A DNA stretch of 64,000 nucleotides from positions 4,988 through 68,987 of the forward strand of contig CAZQBT010000004.1 of the NCBI GenBank assembly GCA_964591955.1, read 5' to 3'. The notes under the pieces are model-generated. The model ran no database searches, was not told the origin of the DNA, and was given only the letters and a program-made list of their open reading frames with translations. Made by a program: the position numbers and the translations under genes. The DNA is from an uncultured Brevinematales bacterium (GTDB lineage Bacteria > Spirochaetota > Brevinematia > Brevinematales > CAZQBT01). The stretch's first letter is position 1. Each line of letters starts with the position of its first letter. This document shows positions 1-10,419 of the stretch, in pieces.

Positions 1-1150
1 CCCCGCGCGTCTTACCGTCCAAAGGAGCAATCGCCGCGGCATAGAGAAAGTCCAATTTTACCAAATCAAACCCCCACCCATCAAAAACCGTCCTGAAAAC
101 CCCTCGCAGATATTCCCTGACCTCTTCATTATAAAAATTCAACGCATAAAACCGCCCGCTCCAGTTAAACGGGTTGTTCCCCACAACAAACGGCTTTCCC
201 TTTGTGTTTTTCACCAACCAATCGGGATGGTTTTTCCTGATTAAGGAGTTCTCCTCTGCAATAAACGGGGCAAGCCAAATTCCCGCCTTAAACCCCCGTC
301 TTTTTACTTCGCTTGCGATAAACCCCATCCCGCTGGAAAACTTATCTTTAACGCTAAGCCAGTCGCCCACCGCCGTCTGATACCCGTCGTCTATCTGGAA
401 AAAGTCGATTGGAATATGTTTAGACGAAAACGATTCAAGCACCTTCAAAATCTTTTTTTCGCTGATTTTGTGATAATAATTATACCAGCTTGTCCATCCC
501 GTATCGGGCAACACTTTCGGCGAAGCTATATCCAATTCATCAAAATAACGTTCAATTGTTTCATAGAATCCGCCCTCCGTAAAAAACACATCAAACAGGC
601 GGGAACTCCCCTTTAAAACCATCCCCTCGCATTCCTTTTTGATATAGAGCTTTTTTTCCTTAACCCGCGTTTCAAAAACCGTATAACCGCTTGCTTCGCA
701 AAGCGAGCCGTAAAAAGAAACCGTATTATCGCGGTATTTAAGATAGGTAAGCCCGTAACTATGAATAGCGCCCTTTTGATTGGAGTATTTATAAAAACGC
801 GAGTCACCGAAATTGTCGAGGTAGTAACGTCTCCAAAGCGGAAACAGGACTTTGGATAGCCCATGCTGTTTTTCATCGGGAGAAAACTCCCTGCTCTCAC
901 TCCATGATTGAAACCCGTTTGCAAAAACTCTTTCCAAGCCGTAAACAGACACCTCCGCCTCAATATGACACTCCTCGATTTCTATGCTTTCCGATGAGTT
1001 GATATTAAGATTAATACGGGTAACGTTTTCTTTTTCGGTAACGTCTAAATCGGCAGTAATGCACGAATGCTCCGTTTTTCCGTCTTTAAGCAGGCACACC
1101 TGACGGGTTTTTCCGAGACGATAAATCAACAGTCCGCCGATAATTTTCAT
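1..1150 (-). CDS. alpha-galactosidase, GH36 (Thermotoga GalA-like), C-terminus cut by window start
   Basis: Hand translation from ATG at 1150 (ATGA overlap with upstream stop) stays open to position 1. Motifs FFQIDDGYQ and GFDLVKLDFLY. Not in ORF track because no stop lies in the window. Confidence 0.7.
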   Translation of the reverse strand, partial: MKIIGGLLIYRLGKTRQVCLLKDGKTEHSCITADLDVTEKENVTRINLNINSSESIEIEECHIEAEVSVYGLERVFANGFQSWSESREFSPDEKQHGLSKVLFPLWRRYYLDNFGDSRFYKYSNQKGAIHSYGLTYLKYRDNTVSFYGSLCEASGYTVFETRVKEKKLYIKKECEGMVLKGSSRLFDVFFTEGGFYETIERYFDELDIASPKVLPDTGWTSWYNYYHKISEKKILKVLESFSSKHIPIDFFQIDDGYQTAVGDWLSVKDKFSSGMGFIASEVKRRGFKAGIWLAPFIAEENSLIRKNHPDWLVKNTKGKPFVVGNNPFNWSGRFYALNFYNEEVREYLRGVFRTVFDGWGFDLVKLDFLYAAAIAPLDGKTRG

Positions 1151-1554
1151 AATTCCACCTTATTTTTCTTTGCCTGAATACGGTTGGATGTTATAACTTT
1201 GACACCAAGTCCGAAAAGATTGTCAATCACCGTTTCGCCTTCTTTAACCGGCGCGACCAATTCCACCTCCCGAAGTTCGCTCATCAGCTCAAAAATCATC
1301 GCCTTGGGTATTGCGCGGTCTGTCCATACGGAGACAAGAGGGTAAACCCCGTCCCTGACCCGCACCGTAGAGGTGATAATCCGTCGCGGGTCAAGTATTT
1401 CCTCCCCGACGTAATCCTCACCGAGTTTGCATACATTGCCCTCAATGGCGGTGATAGCCCCCGCGCCGTCAAGCGAGGTCGTAATTTCACATCCGCGCGG
1501 ACACCGAATACAAATCATTTTTCGTTTTTCCATAAGCGCCTCAGTTAATATCAA
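1147..1554 (-). CDS. DUF1667 domain protein (third component of clostridial-type glycerol-3-P dehydrogenase operons)
   Basis: ICIRCPRGCEI...GNVCKLGEDY Cys motifs. Overlaps both neighbours. True start may be the internal MEKRK. Confidence 0.75.
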   Translation of the reverse strand: MILTEALMEKRKMICIRCPRGCEITTSLDGAGAITAIEGNVCKLGEDYVGEEILDPRRIITSTVRVRDGVYPLVSVWTDRAIPKAMIFELMSELREVELVAPVKEGETVIDNLFGLGVKVITSNRIQAKKNKVEL

Positions 1555-2824
1555 TAACTCTAATCACAAGCGATTTCAAATCCGAAGATGCCTTTTCTAA
1601 AATGTCTTTCCCGCTGAGTTTTAAAATAAGCATCTCGGCGGGACGGGCGTAATTTCGCTTGAAAGTCTTAATCACCCTTGCCCCGTCCGTAATATCTATA
1701 ATCACTTTGCTTTCAAATGGTGAGGAAACCCGCATTTCGATATAAAAATCACCGCCGACAAGAATATCGCGGTTAATATGGTGAGGAATAACCGAACGGA
1801 CGTTATCCCCCGCAATAATCGCAATTTTTTCGTTTTGCATATCCAAGCGGTTTTGCGCGAAAAGCGAGGCATTTCTGCCGGCTTCCTTTCCGGCAAGCGA
1901 CACGTAATCCACGAGGTCATAAATCGTAACGACATTGCCCGCCGAAAAAACTCCCGCAATATTAGTCGCCATTTTCTCATCGACAACGGGACCTCCCGTA
2001 ACAGCATCAATTTCCACCCCCGCTTTAACGGAAAGTTCGTTTTCGGGAATCAATCCCACCGACAACAAAAGAGTGTCGCACTCGATAATCTCCTCCGTGC
2101 CGTCAATCGGCGCAAGGCTTTCATCAACCTTAACGGTCTCGACAGCCTCAACGCGGTTTTTCCCGATAATCCTTTTAACCGTGGTGGAAAGCTCAAGCGG
2201 AATATCAAAATCCTCAAGGCATTGCACATAATTACGCCTAAGCCCTGTAAGAAACGGCATAATCTCTATAACGCGCTCGACTTTTGCGCCCTCAAGCGTA
2301 AGCCTTCGCGCCATAATCATTCCTATATCGCCCGAACCCAAAATCACAAACCTGTTGCCCGGCATAAATCCCTCGATATTTACAAGACGCTGGACAGTGC
2401 CTGCGCAAAAGACTCCTGCGGGACGGTTGCCCGGAAGGCGAATCTGTGCGCGGGTTCTTTCTCGGCACCCCATCGCAAGCACAATGGCGCGTGCCTGAAT
2501 TTCAAGGTATCCCTGTTCGCTGTTTGTTGCGTAGATTTTCAGCGAAGACGTTATATCCATCACCATCGTATCAAGCAAAAACTCTACTCCACTCTCTTTC
2601 GCCTCATCTATAAACCGCAACGCGTAAAGAGGACCCGGCAAATCCTGTTTGAATATCACCGAGCCGAACCCGTTATGGATACACTGGTTTAAAATCCCTC
2701 CGGGTTCGTTATTTCGCTCAATAATAAGGACATCACGCGACCCCGCTTTCTTAGCCTCAATAGCCGAGGCAAGCCCCGCGGGACCTCCCCCTATTACAAC
2801 GACATCATATATCCTACCGTTCAT
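1541..2824 (-). CDS. FAD/NAD(P)-dependent pyridine nucleotide-disulfide oxidoreductase
   Basis: Start moved to internal MNGRIYDVVVIGGGPAGL (Rossmann GxGxxG), which gives an ATGA overlap with the upstream stop at 2821. A second dinucleotide fold is FVILGSGDIG. Confidence 0.8.
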   Translation of the reverse strand: MNGRIYDVVVIGGGPAGLASAIEAKKAGSRDVLIIERNNEPGGILNQCIHNGFGSVIFKQDLPGPLYALRFIDEAKESGVEFLLDTMVMDITSSLKIYATNSEQGYLEIQARAIVLAMGCRERTRAQIRLPGNRPAGVFCAGTVQRLVNIEGFMPGNRFVILGSGDIGMIMARRLTLEGAKVERVIEIMPFLTGLRRNYVQCLEDFDIPLELSTTVKRIIGKNRVEAVETVKVDESLAPIDGTEEIIECDTLLLSVGLIPENELSVKAGVEIDAVTGGPVVDEKMATNIAGVFSAGNVVTIYDLVDYVSLAGKEAGRNASLFAQNRLDMQNEKIAIIAGDNVRSVIPHHINRDILVGGDFYIEMRVSSPFESKVIIDITDGARVIKTFKRNYARPAEMLILKLSGKDILEKASSDLKSLVIRVIDIN

Positions 2825-4281
2825 CGGCTTTCCTTCAAAATTTTTGTAGGTCTGAACACAAACTCCGAACCCGCCCCCTTCTTTGACACGTTTTCTACCG
2901 GGAAACCGAGTTCGGATGATAAAATTTCTATTACGCGGGGATAGTCGAACCCGCCCTGACACCGTCCCGTGCCGAGCCAAGTTCTCCGCTTGATTGCATC
3001 ATAGGTGGTAGCGGGTATGGGGGAATGAATCGCTTCGATAATTTCGACCTCGGTTACCTCCTCACATCGGCAGACAATCCGTCCGTAAGCGGGGTTTTGC
3101 CCGACCAATTCCCCCCTCTCTTTGTGAGAAAGCCTGCGAAAACAGGGAGAAGATTTGCGAAACGGGTTGAAATTTTCTCTATGTATCAGTTTTTCCCCCG
3201 CATCGGCAAGAAGTTCCATAACCCGTTTTGCAATAGCCGGCGCGCTTGCAAAACCGGGGGATTCTATCCCGCCGAGATTCACAAGCCCGTTATCCGTTAT
3301 CTCTATCACAAAATCCCTGTCGGCGTTGCCTGTCGCGCGAATACCCGAATATGAGGCAATAACGTCGCGCCCTTCAAGCGAGGGAACAAGACGTTTAGCA
3401 TTAGACAAAATCTCCGACAAACCCACAGCAGAGGTTGCGGTATCGGTTTTATCGTGAATTTCAAAGGCGTTGGGTCCTATCATAACGTTACCGTGAACCG
3501 TTGTCGATACGATAGTCCCTTTACCTTTTTCAGTCGGCATAGGGAAAAGAACGTTATTTAGTTTGACCTTGGAAGCATCAAAAACAAGGTATTCCCCCCG
3601 TTTCGGTGTGATTTTAAAATCGGGACGAACCCCCGCCTTGTGCATAACTTCATCGGAAAACAACCCCGCCGAATTGACAACCCATCGAGAGTAAAACACG
3701 CCTGCGGAGGTTTTTATACCCGTTATAATTCCGTCCTGCATAATAAAGTCGATAAATGCGGTATTAAGCATAAGTTTAACGCCGTTGGTAACGGCATTTT
3801 CGGAAGGCGCAAGAACCGCGGCAAACGGGTCGATAACCGCGGCGCTCGGTGTCCACAATGCACCCGAAACGCGGGGGTTTAACAACGGCTCTCTCATCAG
3901 CATCTCATCACGCCCCAAAATCCTCAAGCCGGGGATACCGTTCTCCACCCCGCGACGGTAAAGAGGTTCAATCTTATCGAATTCCCCGTTCCCGATTGCG
4001 ACCACGTAAGCCCCCGTCTCCTTAAACGGAATATCAAGCTCGCGGACGGCATCCCGCCACATACGATTTCCCGATGAGTTCATCTGCGCCTTGAGAGTGC
4101 CGGGTTTCGGGTCGTGCCCCGAATGGATTATAGCGCTGTTTGCGGAACTTGCCCCCATACAAATATCGCTCTCCTTTTCAATCCAGAGAACGTCAAGTTT
4201 ATAACGGGACAACTCCCTTGCGACAAACGCGCCGACAACCCCCGCGCCGATTATTATAATATCAAACTTATTGTTATCCAT
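2821..4281 (-). CDS. FAD-dependent glycerol-3-phosphate oxidase/dehydrogenase with C-terminal BFD-like [2Fe-2S] domain
   Basis: FDIIIIGAGVVGA N-terminus, CRCEEVTEVEI and GTGRCQGGFD C-terminal motifs, located next to glpK. Confidence 0.8.
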   Translation of the reverse strand: MDNNKFDIIIIGAGVVGAFVARELSRYKLDVLWIEKESDICMGASSANSAIIHSGHDPKPGTLKAQMNSSGNRMWRDAVRELDIPFKETGAYVVAIGNGEFDKIEPLYRRGVENGIPGLRILGRDEMLMREPLLNPRVSGALWTPSAAVIDPFAAVLAPSENAVTNGVKLMLNTAFIDFIMQDGIITGIKTSAGVFYSRWVVNSAGLFSDEVMHKAGVRPDFKITPKRGEYLVFDASKVKLNNVLFPMPTEKGKGTIVSTTVHGNVMIGPNAFEIHDKTDTATSAVGLSEILSNAKRLVPSLEGRDVIASYSGIRATGNADRDFVIEITDNGLVNLGGIESPGFASAPAIAKRVMELLADAGEKLIHRENFNPFRKSSPCFRRLSHKERGELVGQNPAYGRIVCRCEEVTEVEIIEAIHSPIPATTYDAIKRRTWLGTGRCQGGFDYPRVIEILSSELGFPVENVSKKGAGSEFVFRPTKILKESR

Positions 4282-4289
4282 AAACAGTC

Positions 4290-5810
4290 CTATTTTTCAA
4301 ACCATTCAAAGGTGCGGGAAACGGCTTTTCTCCAGAATTTTAATTCCCGCGACCGCGTTTCATCATCCATCTTGGGATACCATTCCTTATCGACAGCCCA
4401 GTTTTCACGAAGCTCGTCAAGACTGCCCCAAAATCCCACGGCAAGTCCCGCCGCATACGCCGCACCAAGCGCGGTAGTCTCGGTGATTTTAGGACGGATA
4501 ACCGGCACGTTGAGAATGTCGCTTTGAAATTGCATAAGCAACTCATCAACCACCATCCCCCCGTCAACTTTCAAAGAGGGGATAGGCACGCCGGTATCTT
4601 TCTCCATAGCCTCGAAAATCTCGCGGGTTTGAAAAGCGGTAGCCTCAAGCACGGCACGCGCGATATGCCCCTTGTTGACGTAGGCGGTAAGCCCAGCGAT
4701 AACGCCTCGGGCGTTGCTTTTCCAGTATGGGGCATAAAGCCCGGAAAATGCCGGCACAAAATATACCCCGCCGTTATCATCCACAGATTCCGCCAAGGTT
4801 TCAATTTCGGCGGAGGTTTTAATCAGACCCCAATTATCGCGAAACCACTGGACAAGCGCGCCCGCTACGGCAATAGACCCCTCAAGCGCATAAACCGCCT
4901 TATCACTGCCGATTTGGTATCCCACAGTAGTAATCAGCCCGTATTTTGAATGTATAATATCATTCCCCGTATTGACAAGCATAAAACATCCCGTGCCGTA
5001 GGTGTTCTTTGACGACCCGCAGTCATAGCAAACCTGCCCGAAAAGCGCCGCCTGCTGGTCGCCGAGTATTCCCGCAACGGGGATTTTTTCGCCAAAGGGA
5101 CCGTCTTCGGATGTAACCCCGTAAAAATTCGGTTCAACCGAGGGTTTAATCTGGGGAAGCATCGCGCGGGGAATATCAAAATGCGACAACATCTCATCAT
5201 CCCAATTAAGCGTAGCAAGGTCTAACAACATAGTGCGGCTTGCGTTGGTAACATCTGTAATATGCACGCCTCCGTTAGTTCCTCCCGTAAGAAGCCAGAT
5301 AAGCCAACTGTCGATAGTGCCGAAAATCGCCTCGCCCTTTAACGCAAGTTCGCGTAAACTTGGAATATTATCCAATGCCCATTTCAGCTTGGGACCCGAA
5401 AAATAAGTGGCAAGCGGAAGCCCCGTTTTATCGCGGAAACGGTCAATACCGCCGTCGCGGGTAAACTCATCGACAATATCCGAAGTGCGGGTATCCTGCC
5501 AGACTATCGCGTTGCAATACGGTTTCCCGTTTTTCGGATTCCATATTACCGAGGTTTCGCGCTGGTTGGTAATACCTATTGATGCAATATCAGCGGGCAT
5601 AATATTGCCCTGCCTTAAAGCAGCTTTTATCACCTTGCAGGTTTTCTCCCAGATTTCAAGCGGGGCATGCTCAACCCAGCCGGGACGAGGGAAAATTTGT
5701 CTGTGTTCCTCCTGCGCAACCGCAACCTCGTTCCCATGCCTGTCGAATATGATAAAACGGGTGCTTGTCGTCCCCTGGTCTATTGCACCGATATATTTTT
5801 TCATAACCAC
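4290..5810 (-). CDS. glpK: glycerol kinase
   Basis: [37 protein letters not shown]; about 500 aa FGGY kinase. Confidence 0.95.
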   Translation of the reverse strand: MVMKKYIGAIDQGTTSTRFIIFDRHGNEVAVAQEEHRQIFPRPGWVEHAPLEIWEKTCKVIKAALRQGNIMPADIASIGITNQRETSVIWNPKNGKPYCNAIVWQDTRTSDIVDEFTRDGGIDRFRDKTGLPLATYFSGPKLKWALDNIPSLRELALKGEAIFGTIDSWLIWLLTGGTNGGVHITDVTNASRTMLLDLATLNWDDEMLSHFDIPRAMLPQIKPSVEPNFYGVTSEDGPFGEKIPVAGILGDQQAALFGQVCYDCGSSKNTYGTGCFMLVNTGNDIIHSKYGLITTVGYQIGSDKAVYALEGSIAVAGALVQWFRDNWGLIKTSAEIETLAESVDDNGGVYFVPAFSGLYAPYWKSNARGVIAGLTAYVNKGHIARAVLEATAFQTREIFEAMEKDTGVPIPSLKVDGGMVVDELLMQFQSDILNVPVIRPKITETTALGAAYAAGLAVGFWGSLDELRENWAVDKEWYPKMDDETRSRELKFWRKAVSRTFEWFEK

Positions 5811-5811
5811 C

Positions 5812-6573
5812 TCAAGAATGTCTGTTTATAAAATAGATTGTTTTTTCTATAATTAAGTCCTTGTCGAAATCCATCGTGGCAACGTGATAAGAATTATCAA
5901 GCCAAATAAGTTCCTTATCATTAGATGGAATTTTTGAATAAGTATAAGTCGCATTTTTAACGGGAAGGATATGGTCATCACGCGATTTAAAAATAAGCGA
6001 AGGCATTTTAATTAAACCGAAGTCTTTTTTCACCTTTTTGATAAGACGGGTCATTTGATACACCCCCTCGGTGGGACTTCTGTCGTAAGCCAATTCCTTT
6101 GCGGAAGGGTCTTTGATATCGCCGGCGATTGCAGGCGTTGATTTTATAATAAACCGGAGCAGAGGAACAAGAAAAACTGCGGGATTACCGAGAAAAATCG
6201 CGTGATTAATAACAATAACGCCGATAATGTCGGGGTTGAGTTGCGCCAACCGAAGCGCCAAAGTGCCGCCCATCGACAAGCCCATTACAAAAATTTTGTC
6301 GGCACGTTTACGAAGAGCCGCAAGCGCGGATTTAAGGTCGTTAATCCAATCCTCGTATTTGGTATTATTCAAGTCCTGCCAACGGGATGAATGCCCGCTG
6401 AGACGGGGAACTTCAACGTTAAATCCCGCCTCGCCGAGACGGTTGGCGATATAGCGGAAGCTATCGGGTGTGCTGGTAAACCCGTGGCTTATCAAAATCC
6501 CAATGTCGGACTTGGAAACATAGGAAATCGGCTCGCTTCCCTTTAGATAGTCTTTTTTTTGCAAATTTTCCAT
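5812..6573 (-). CDS. alpha/beta hydrolase (carboxylesterase / monoacylglycerol lipase-like)
   Basis: Nucleophile elbow GLSMGG and HG oxyanion motif (ISHGF). Abuts the glpK start by 1 nt. Confidence 0.8.
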   Translation of the reverse strand: MENLQKKDYLKGSEPISYVSKSDIGILISHGFTSTPDSFRYIANRLGEAGFNVEVPRLSGHSSRWQDLNNTKYEDWINDLKSALAALRKRADKIFVMGLSMGGTLALRLAQLNPDIIGVIVINHAIFLGNPAVFLVPLLRFIIKSTPAIAGDIKDPSAKELAYDRSPTEGVYQMTRLIKKVKKDFGLIKMPSLIFKSRDDHILPVKNATYTYSKIPSNDKELIWLDNSYHVATMDFDKDLIIEKTIYFINRHS

Positions 6574-6603
6574 AAAATATTCCCCTTTTACCAGTTTGTG
6601 ATA

Positions 6604-6631
6604 ATTATAACGAATTCGGGAAAATTAGCAA
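6604..6631 (-). promoter_or_regulatory. candidate sigma70 promoter of the hydrolase-glpK operon
   Basis: Minus strand TTGCTA-N16-TATAAT, about 30 nt upstream of the ATG at 6573. Confidence 0.4.
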
Positions 6632-6648
6632 GAACTTTTTGGAATTGT

Positions 6649-7176
6649 CTATTTTTTGGAAAGAGATATATACAGGTTGTCGATAAGCGAAATAACGCGC
6701 TCTCCGAATTTTTCGTTTGTTTCCTTTCGTTTTTTCACAAGAGAAACAAACTCGCCGAGTATGAGCGGAAAAAGCTCTATCGCCTCAAACACGACCGAAA
6801 AAAAACGGATACGGGAATATTTTTCGCGATTTTTCTCAATAGGAAAAAGAATTTTTAAAAGAAAAAAACTTGCAAGAAAAAGCAGAAAAATCCTCGATAC
6901 CGCGGTAATACCGTCAAGTAAGGCATTGGAATAAATCTCAAAAATCCACCAACTAAAAATCCGTCCCTCACGGATAGTAAAAAGTTTAATCAGGAAAATC
7001 GGAAGCGTAAGTATAAAAAGAAACGCTAAGTTTTTAAGGAATGAGGAAATCTCACTGAAGCCGAACACAAGATTTAAAACAAGAAATAACCCGAGCAAAG
7101 GTATAATAAGATTAAGCGGGATAAAAAAAATCCCCGCCGCAAAAAGCGACAGGGAAACTATTAAAAAATATAACAT
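6649..7176 (-). CDS. small polytopic membrane protein, possibly a shortened EcfT/CbiQ-like remnant
   Basis: 175 aa, about 4 hydrophobic helices, starts 10 nt after the rplQ stop. EcfT assignment rests only on synteny and loose similarity. Confidence 0.45.
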   Translation of the reverse strand: MLYFLIVSLSLFAAGIFFIPLNLIIPLLGLFLVLNLVFGFSEISSFLKNLAFLFILTLPIFLIKLFTIREGRIFSWWIFEIYSNALLDGITAVSRIFLLFLASFFLLKILFPIEKNREKYSRIRFFSVVFEAIELFPLILGEFVSLVKKRKETNEKFGERVISLIDNLYISLSKK

Positions 7177-7185
7177 AATCGAAAC

Positions 7186-7569
7186 TTACTCCTCTGTTTT
7201 AGAGGGTGCAAGCATCTCGGGAACAAGCTCAATAATAGCCATCTCTGCGCCGTCATTGGTTCTGAAACCGAGACGGTAAATACGAGTGTAGCCCCCGTTG
7301 CGATTTTGGTAACGGAGAGCAATATCGTCGAAAAGTTTAACCACAATGTTGCGTTCGGGAATATCACGGATAACAAGGCGTTTTGAATGCAGGGTATTCT
7401 TTTTAGCTTTTGTAATAATTTTTTCAGCAAAAGAACGAAGCGCTTTAGCCTTATCAATAGTCGTCTCTATGCTTTCGTATTTAAAAAGGGAAAGCGCCAA
7501 ATTGCGCATAAGAGCCTTCCTGTGAGACTCGCGCCTTCCAAGTTTATGGATTTTTTTATTATGTCTCAT
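7186..7569 (-). CDS. rplQ: 50S ribosomal protein L17
   Basis: MRHNKKIHKLGRRESHRKALMRNL. Confidence 0.95.
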   Translation of the reverse strand: MRHNKKIHKLGRRESHRKALMRNLALSLFKYESIETTIDKAKALRSFAEKIITKAKKNTLHSKRLVIRDIPERNIVVKLFDDIALRYQNRNGGYTRIYRLGFRTNDGAEMAIIELVPEMLAPSKTEE

Positions 7570-7580
7570 AACAAACTCCT

Positions 7581-8585
7581 CTATTCATCTTCATCATCAT
7601 AATCATCATCTGTTTCACTACCGTCGGCAGTCAGATTCAAGCCATACAAAGAAAGTTTTTCGGAAATCTCGGTGAGAGATTTTTTACCGAAATTCTTAAT
7701 CTTCATAAGGTCGTCTTTATCGTAGTTAAGCAAATCGCCGATAGTGTAAATATTCGCGCTTTTAAGACAGTTGTAAGAGCGCACCGATAAATCCAACTCT
7801 TCAATCTGCTTGGAAAGAAGGTCGCTGTCTATCTCGGCATCGGCAGAGGATGCTTCAGGGATATATTCCTCTTCCTCTTCAAAATCAACAAAAAGAGAAA
7901 AATATTTTTTAAGTATAGCCGAAGCATCACTAACCGCATCAATAGGGTCGATAGTTCCGTCAGTCCAAACCTCAAGAATAATCTTTTCACAGTCGGTTCT
8001 CTCTCCGACACGATAATCCTCTATATTATAGTTCACCCGAACAACCGGGGAAAATAATGCATCAATAGGAATCTCGGAAATAGCCGAGTTTGAGTCCATA
8101 ATATCTTCGGCGGAACGATAGCCTCGTCCGAACTCAATCTGCACATCCATCGAAAAATTGGCATCGTCATTAAGCGTAGCAATTTTCAAATCCCCGTTTA
8201 TAACCTCAATGGTATTGTCAACAACAAAATCATTGGCAAACAGTTCGCCTTTACCTTTCTTGGTGATACGGACAATTTTTTTATCCGAACCGTCGGTAAG
8301 AACAAGACGGATTTTTTTCATAGCAAGAATTATATCCACAAGGTCTTCCTTAACCCCGGGTACCGGCTCAAACTCATGGTTTATACCGTCGATTTTAACG
8401 GAGGTAATCGCGTAACCCGGAATAGCACCAAGAAGCACCCTTCTTAAAGAATTTGCGATAGTAACTCCGACTCCGTTGTCAAAAGGATAAATACTGAATT
8501 TACCGTAAGAGTTTGAATATGAGCTTTTTTCGTATTTTATCTCATGGGGTAATAGAACGTCTTTCAATAAACCCTTATGAGCCAT
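7581..8585 (-). CDS. rpoA: DNA-directed RNA polymerase subunit alpha
   Basis: NSLRRVLLGAIPG in the N-terminal domain, LDLSVRSYNCLK in the C-terminal domain, acidic tail DDDYDDEDE. Confidence 0.95.
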   Translation of the reverse strand: MAHKGLLKDVLLPHEIKYEKSSYSNSYGKFSIYPFDNGVGVTIANSLRRVLLGAIPGYAITSVKIDGINHEFEPVPGVKEDLVDIILAMKKIRLVLTDGSDKKIVRITKKGKGELFANDFVVDNTIEVINGDLKIATLNDDANFSMDVQIEFGRGYRSAEDIMDSNSAISEIPIDALFSPVVRVNYNIEDYRVGERTDCEKIILEVWTDGTIDPIDAVSDASAILKKYFSLFVDFEEEEEYIPEASSADAEIDSDLLSKQIEELDLSVRSYNCLKSANIYTIGDLLNYDKDDLMKIKNFGKKSLTEISEKLSLYGLNLTADGSETDDDYDDEDE

Positions 8586-8617
8586 CTAAACCTCCAAAAA
8601 TTTTTAAAACAACAACA

Positions 8618-9250
8618 CTACTTAGAATACAACTCTACAATCAACTGCTCGTTTACATCAAGTTCAAGATTCATTTCTTCTTTAGACGGTAGAGATTTAA
8701 CGGTAGCCTTAAGGTTCTTCAGGTCAACATCAAGCCAAACAGGCATAGTTCGATTTTCGGCGTTTTCCACGCTTCGGACTACCAAATCCATATTTTTAGC
8801 ATTACCGGCAATCTCAATAACCTCGCCCACGCTAACGATATAAGAAGGGATATCAACCCGCTTTCCGTTTACGGAAACATGCCCGTGCGAAATAATCTGG
8901 CGTGCTGCCTTACGTGAAGGAGCAAACGCCGACCTGTAAAGCAGGTTATCGAGACGGGTTTCAAGAATCTGGAGCAAAATAACACCGGTAACACCCTTTC
9001 TCCTGTTTGCAATTTCAAAAGTGTTTTTAAACTGCTTTTCAAGGATACCATAATAACGTTTTACTTTTTGTTTTTCACGAAGCTGAATAGCGTATTCAGT
9101 CGGTTTTTTTCTAAATTTGGAGACCTTGCCGGGAGGCGTAGGACGCTTTGCCATAGCGCAAGACTTATTATAACATCTGTCTCCCTTGAGGAACAAGCGA
9201 ACTCCCTCTCTTCTGCAATATCTGCAAGACGGACCTGTATATCTTCCCAT
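8618..9250 (-). CDS. rpsD: 30S ribosomal protein S4
   Basis: MGRYTGPSCRYCRREG..., conserved position. Confidence 0.95.
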   Translation of the reverse strand: MGRYTGPSCRYCRREGVRLFLKGDRCYNKSCAMAKRPTPPGKVSKFRKKPTEYAIQLREKQKVKRYYGILEKQFKNTFEIANRRKGVTGVILLQILETRLDNLLYRSAFAPSRKAARQIISHGHVSVNGKRVDIPSYIVSVGEVIEIAGNAKNMDLVVRSVENAENRTMPVWLDVDLKNLKATVKSLPSKEEMNLELDVNEQLIVELYSK

Positions 9251-9265
9251 ACTAACCTCTCTTAA

Positions 9266-9661
9266 TTAAACTCTTCTCTTTTTTCGCGGACGACAGCCGT
9301 TATGAGGAATAGGCGTAATATCGCGAATACTTTTCACACGAAGACCTGCGGCATCAATAGCGCGAATAGCGGATTCTCTGCCGGGTCCCGGACCCTTAAC
9401 TCTAACGTGGACGCTTTCAAGCCCATGAAATTTAGCATCTTCCAACGCCTTCTCGCAAGCAAGCTGCGCGGCATAAGGGGTTCCTTTTTTAGTTCCCTTA
9501 AACCCCGCAACACCCGCAGTTGCCCAAGATATGGAATTGCCGTTTAAGTCGGTAATATTTATGAGCGTGTTGTTGAAAGTCGCACGGATGTTAACTATAC
9601 CCTCTAAAATATTTTTCTTTTCTTTTTTTCTTCTTGTAGTTGTCTTTTTACGAGCCATCAA
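9266..9661 (-). CDS. rpsK: 30S ribosomal protein S11
   Basis: [14 protein letters not shown]...[14 protein letters not shown]. Confidence 0.95.
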   Translation of the reverse strand: MMARKKTTTRRKKEKKNILEGIVNIRATFNNTLINITDLNGNSISWATAGVAGFKGTKKGTPYAAQLACEKALEDAKFHGLESVHVRVKGPGPGRESAIRAIDAAGLRVKSIRDITPIPHNGCRPRKKRRV

Positions 9662-9671
9662 TCATCTCCTG

Positions 9672-10037
9672 TTATTTCTTCTTGATAGTGTTATCACGAG
9701 GACCTTTCCAGCTTCTTGCATTGGTTTTGGTTCTCTGCCCTCTCACAGGAAGTTTGCGTTTATGGCGAAGCCCGCGATAACATCCGACATCAATAAGACG
9801 TTTTATATTCATAGCAATTTCGGTGCGAAGTTCACCCTCGACCTTAAATTTTTTCTCGATAATTTCGCGAAGTTTGGCGAGTTCATCCTCGCTAAGGTCT
9901 TTAATCTTCTTGTTTTTATCAATACCGGATTCCTCAACGATTTTCATAGAGGAATGACGGCCGATACCATAGATATAAGTAAGACCTATCCAAACCGCTT
10001 TATTGTTGGGAACTTCTCTCCCTGCAATTCTTGCCAT
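9672..10037 (-). CDS. rpsM: 30S ribosomal protein S13
   Basis: [10 protein letters not shown]...[22 protein letters not shown]. Confidence 0.95.
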   Translation of the reverse strand: MARIAGREVPNNKAVWIGLTYIYGIGRHSSMKIVEESGIDKNKKIKDLSEDELAKLREIIEKKFKVEGELRTEIAMNIKRLIDVGCYRGLRHKRKLPVRGQRTKTNARSWKGPRDNTIKKK

Positions 10038-10055
10038 ATATTAATCCTCCTGTGT

Positions 10056-10184
10056 TTACGACCTTTTATTACCCTTTTGCCTTTGTTTGTGCTTAGGGTT
10101 TTCACAAATCACGCGCACAATACCGTGGCGTTTAATCACACGGCATTTTTCGCACATCGGTTTTACTGATGCTTTAACTTTCAT
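10056..10184 (-). CDS. rpmJ: 50S ribosomal protein L36
   Basis: Hand translation gives [42 protein letters not shown]. Below the ORF-track size cut-off. Confidence 0.85.
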   Translation of the reverse strand: MKVKASVKPMCEKCRVIKRHGIVRVICENPKHKQRQKGNKRS

Positions 10185-10197
10185 TGATAAACTCCTG

Positions 10198-10419
10198 TTA
10201 TTTGTATCTGTAAACAATCCTTCCTTTAGTTAAATCATAAGGTGAAATCTCAATACTCACCTTATCGCCGGGAAGGATTTTAATATAATGCATCCTCATC
10301 TTGCCTGAAATATGAGCCAAAATCTGCCTCTCTCCTTCAAGTTTCACTTTGAACATAGCATTAGGCAATTGCTCAACAACAACCCCGTCAACCCTGATTA
10401 CATCTTCTTTGTCCATCAA
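10198..10419 (-). CDS. infA: translation initiation factor IF-1
   Basis: [41 protein letters not shown]. Confidence 0.95.
   Translation of the reverse strand: MMDKEDVIRVDGVVVEQLPNAMFKVKLEGERQILAHISGKMRMHYIKILPGDKVSIEISPYDLTKGRIVYRYK

Noticed and set aside
613-963. 116-aa minus-strand ORF from the track
   Set aside because: It lies out of frame inside the hand-translated alpha-galactosidase gene (1-1150, minus). That gene has clear GH36 motifs and an ATGA-coupled start, whereas this ORF has an odd composition and no RBS.
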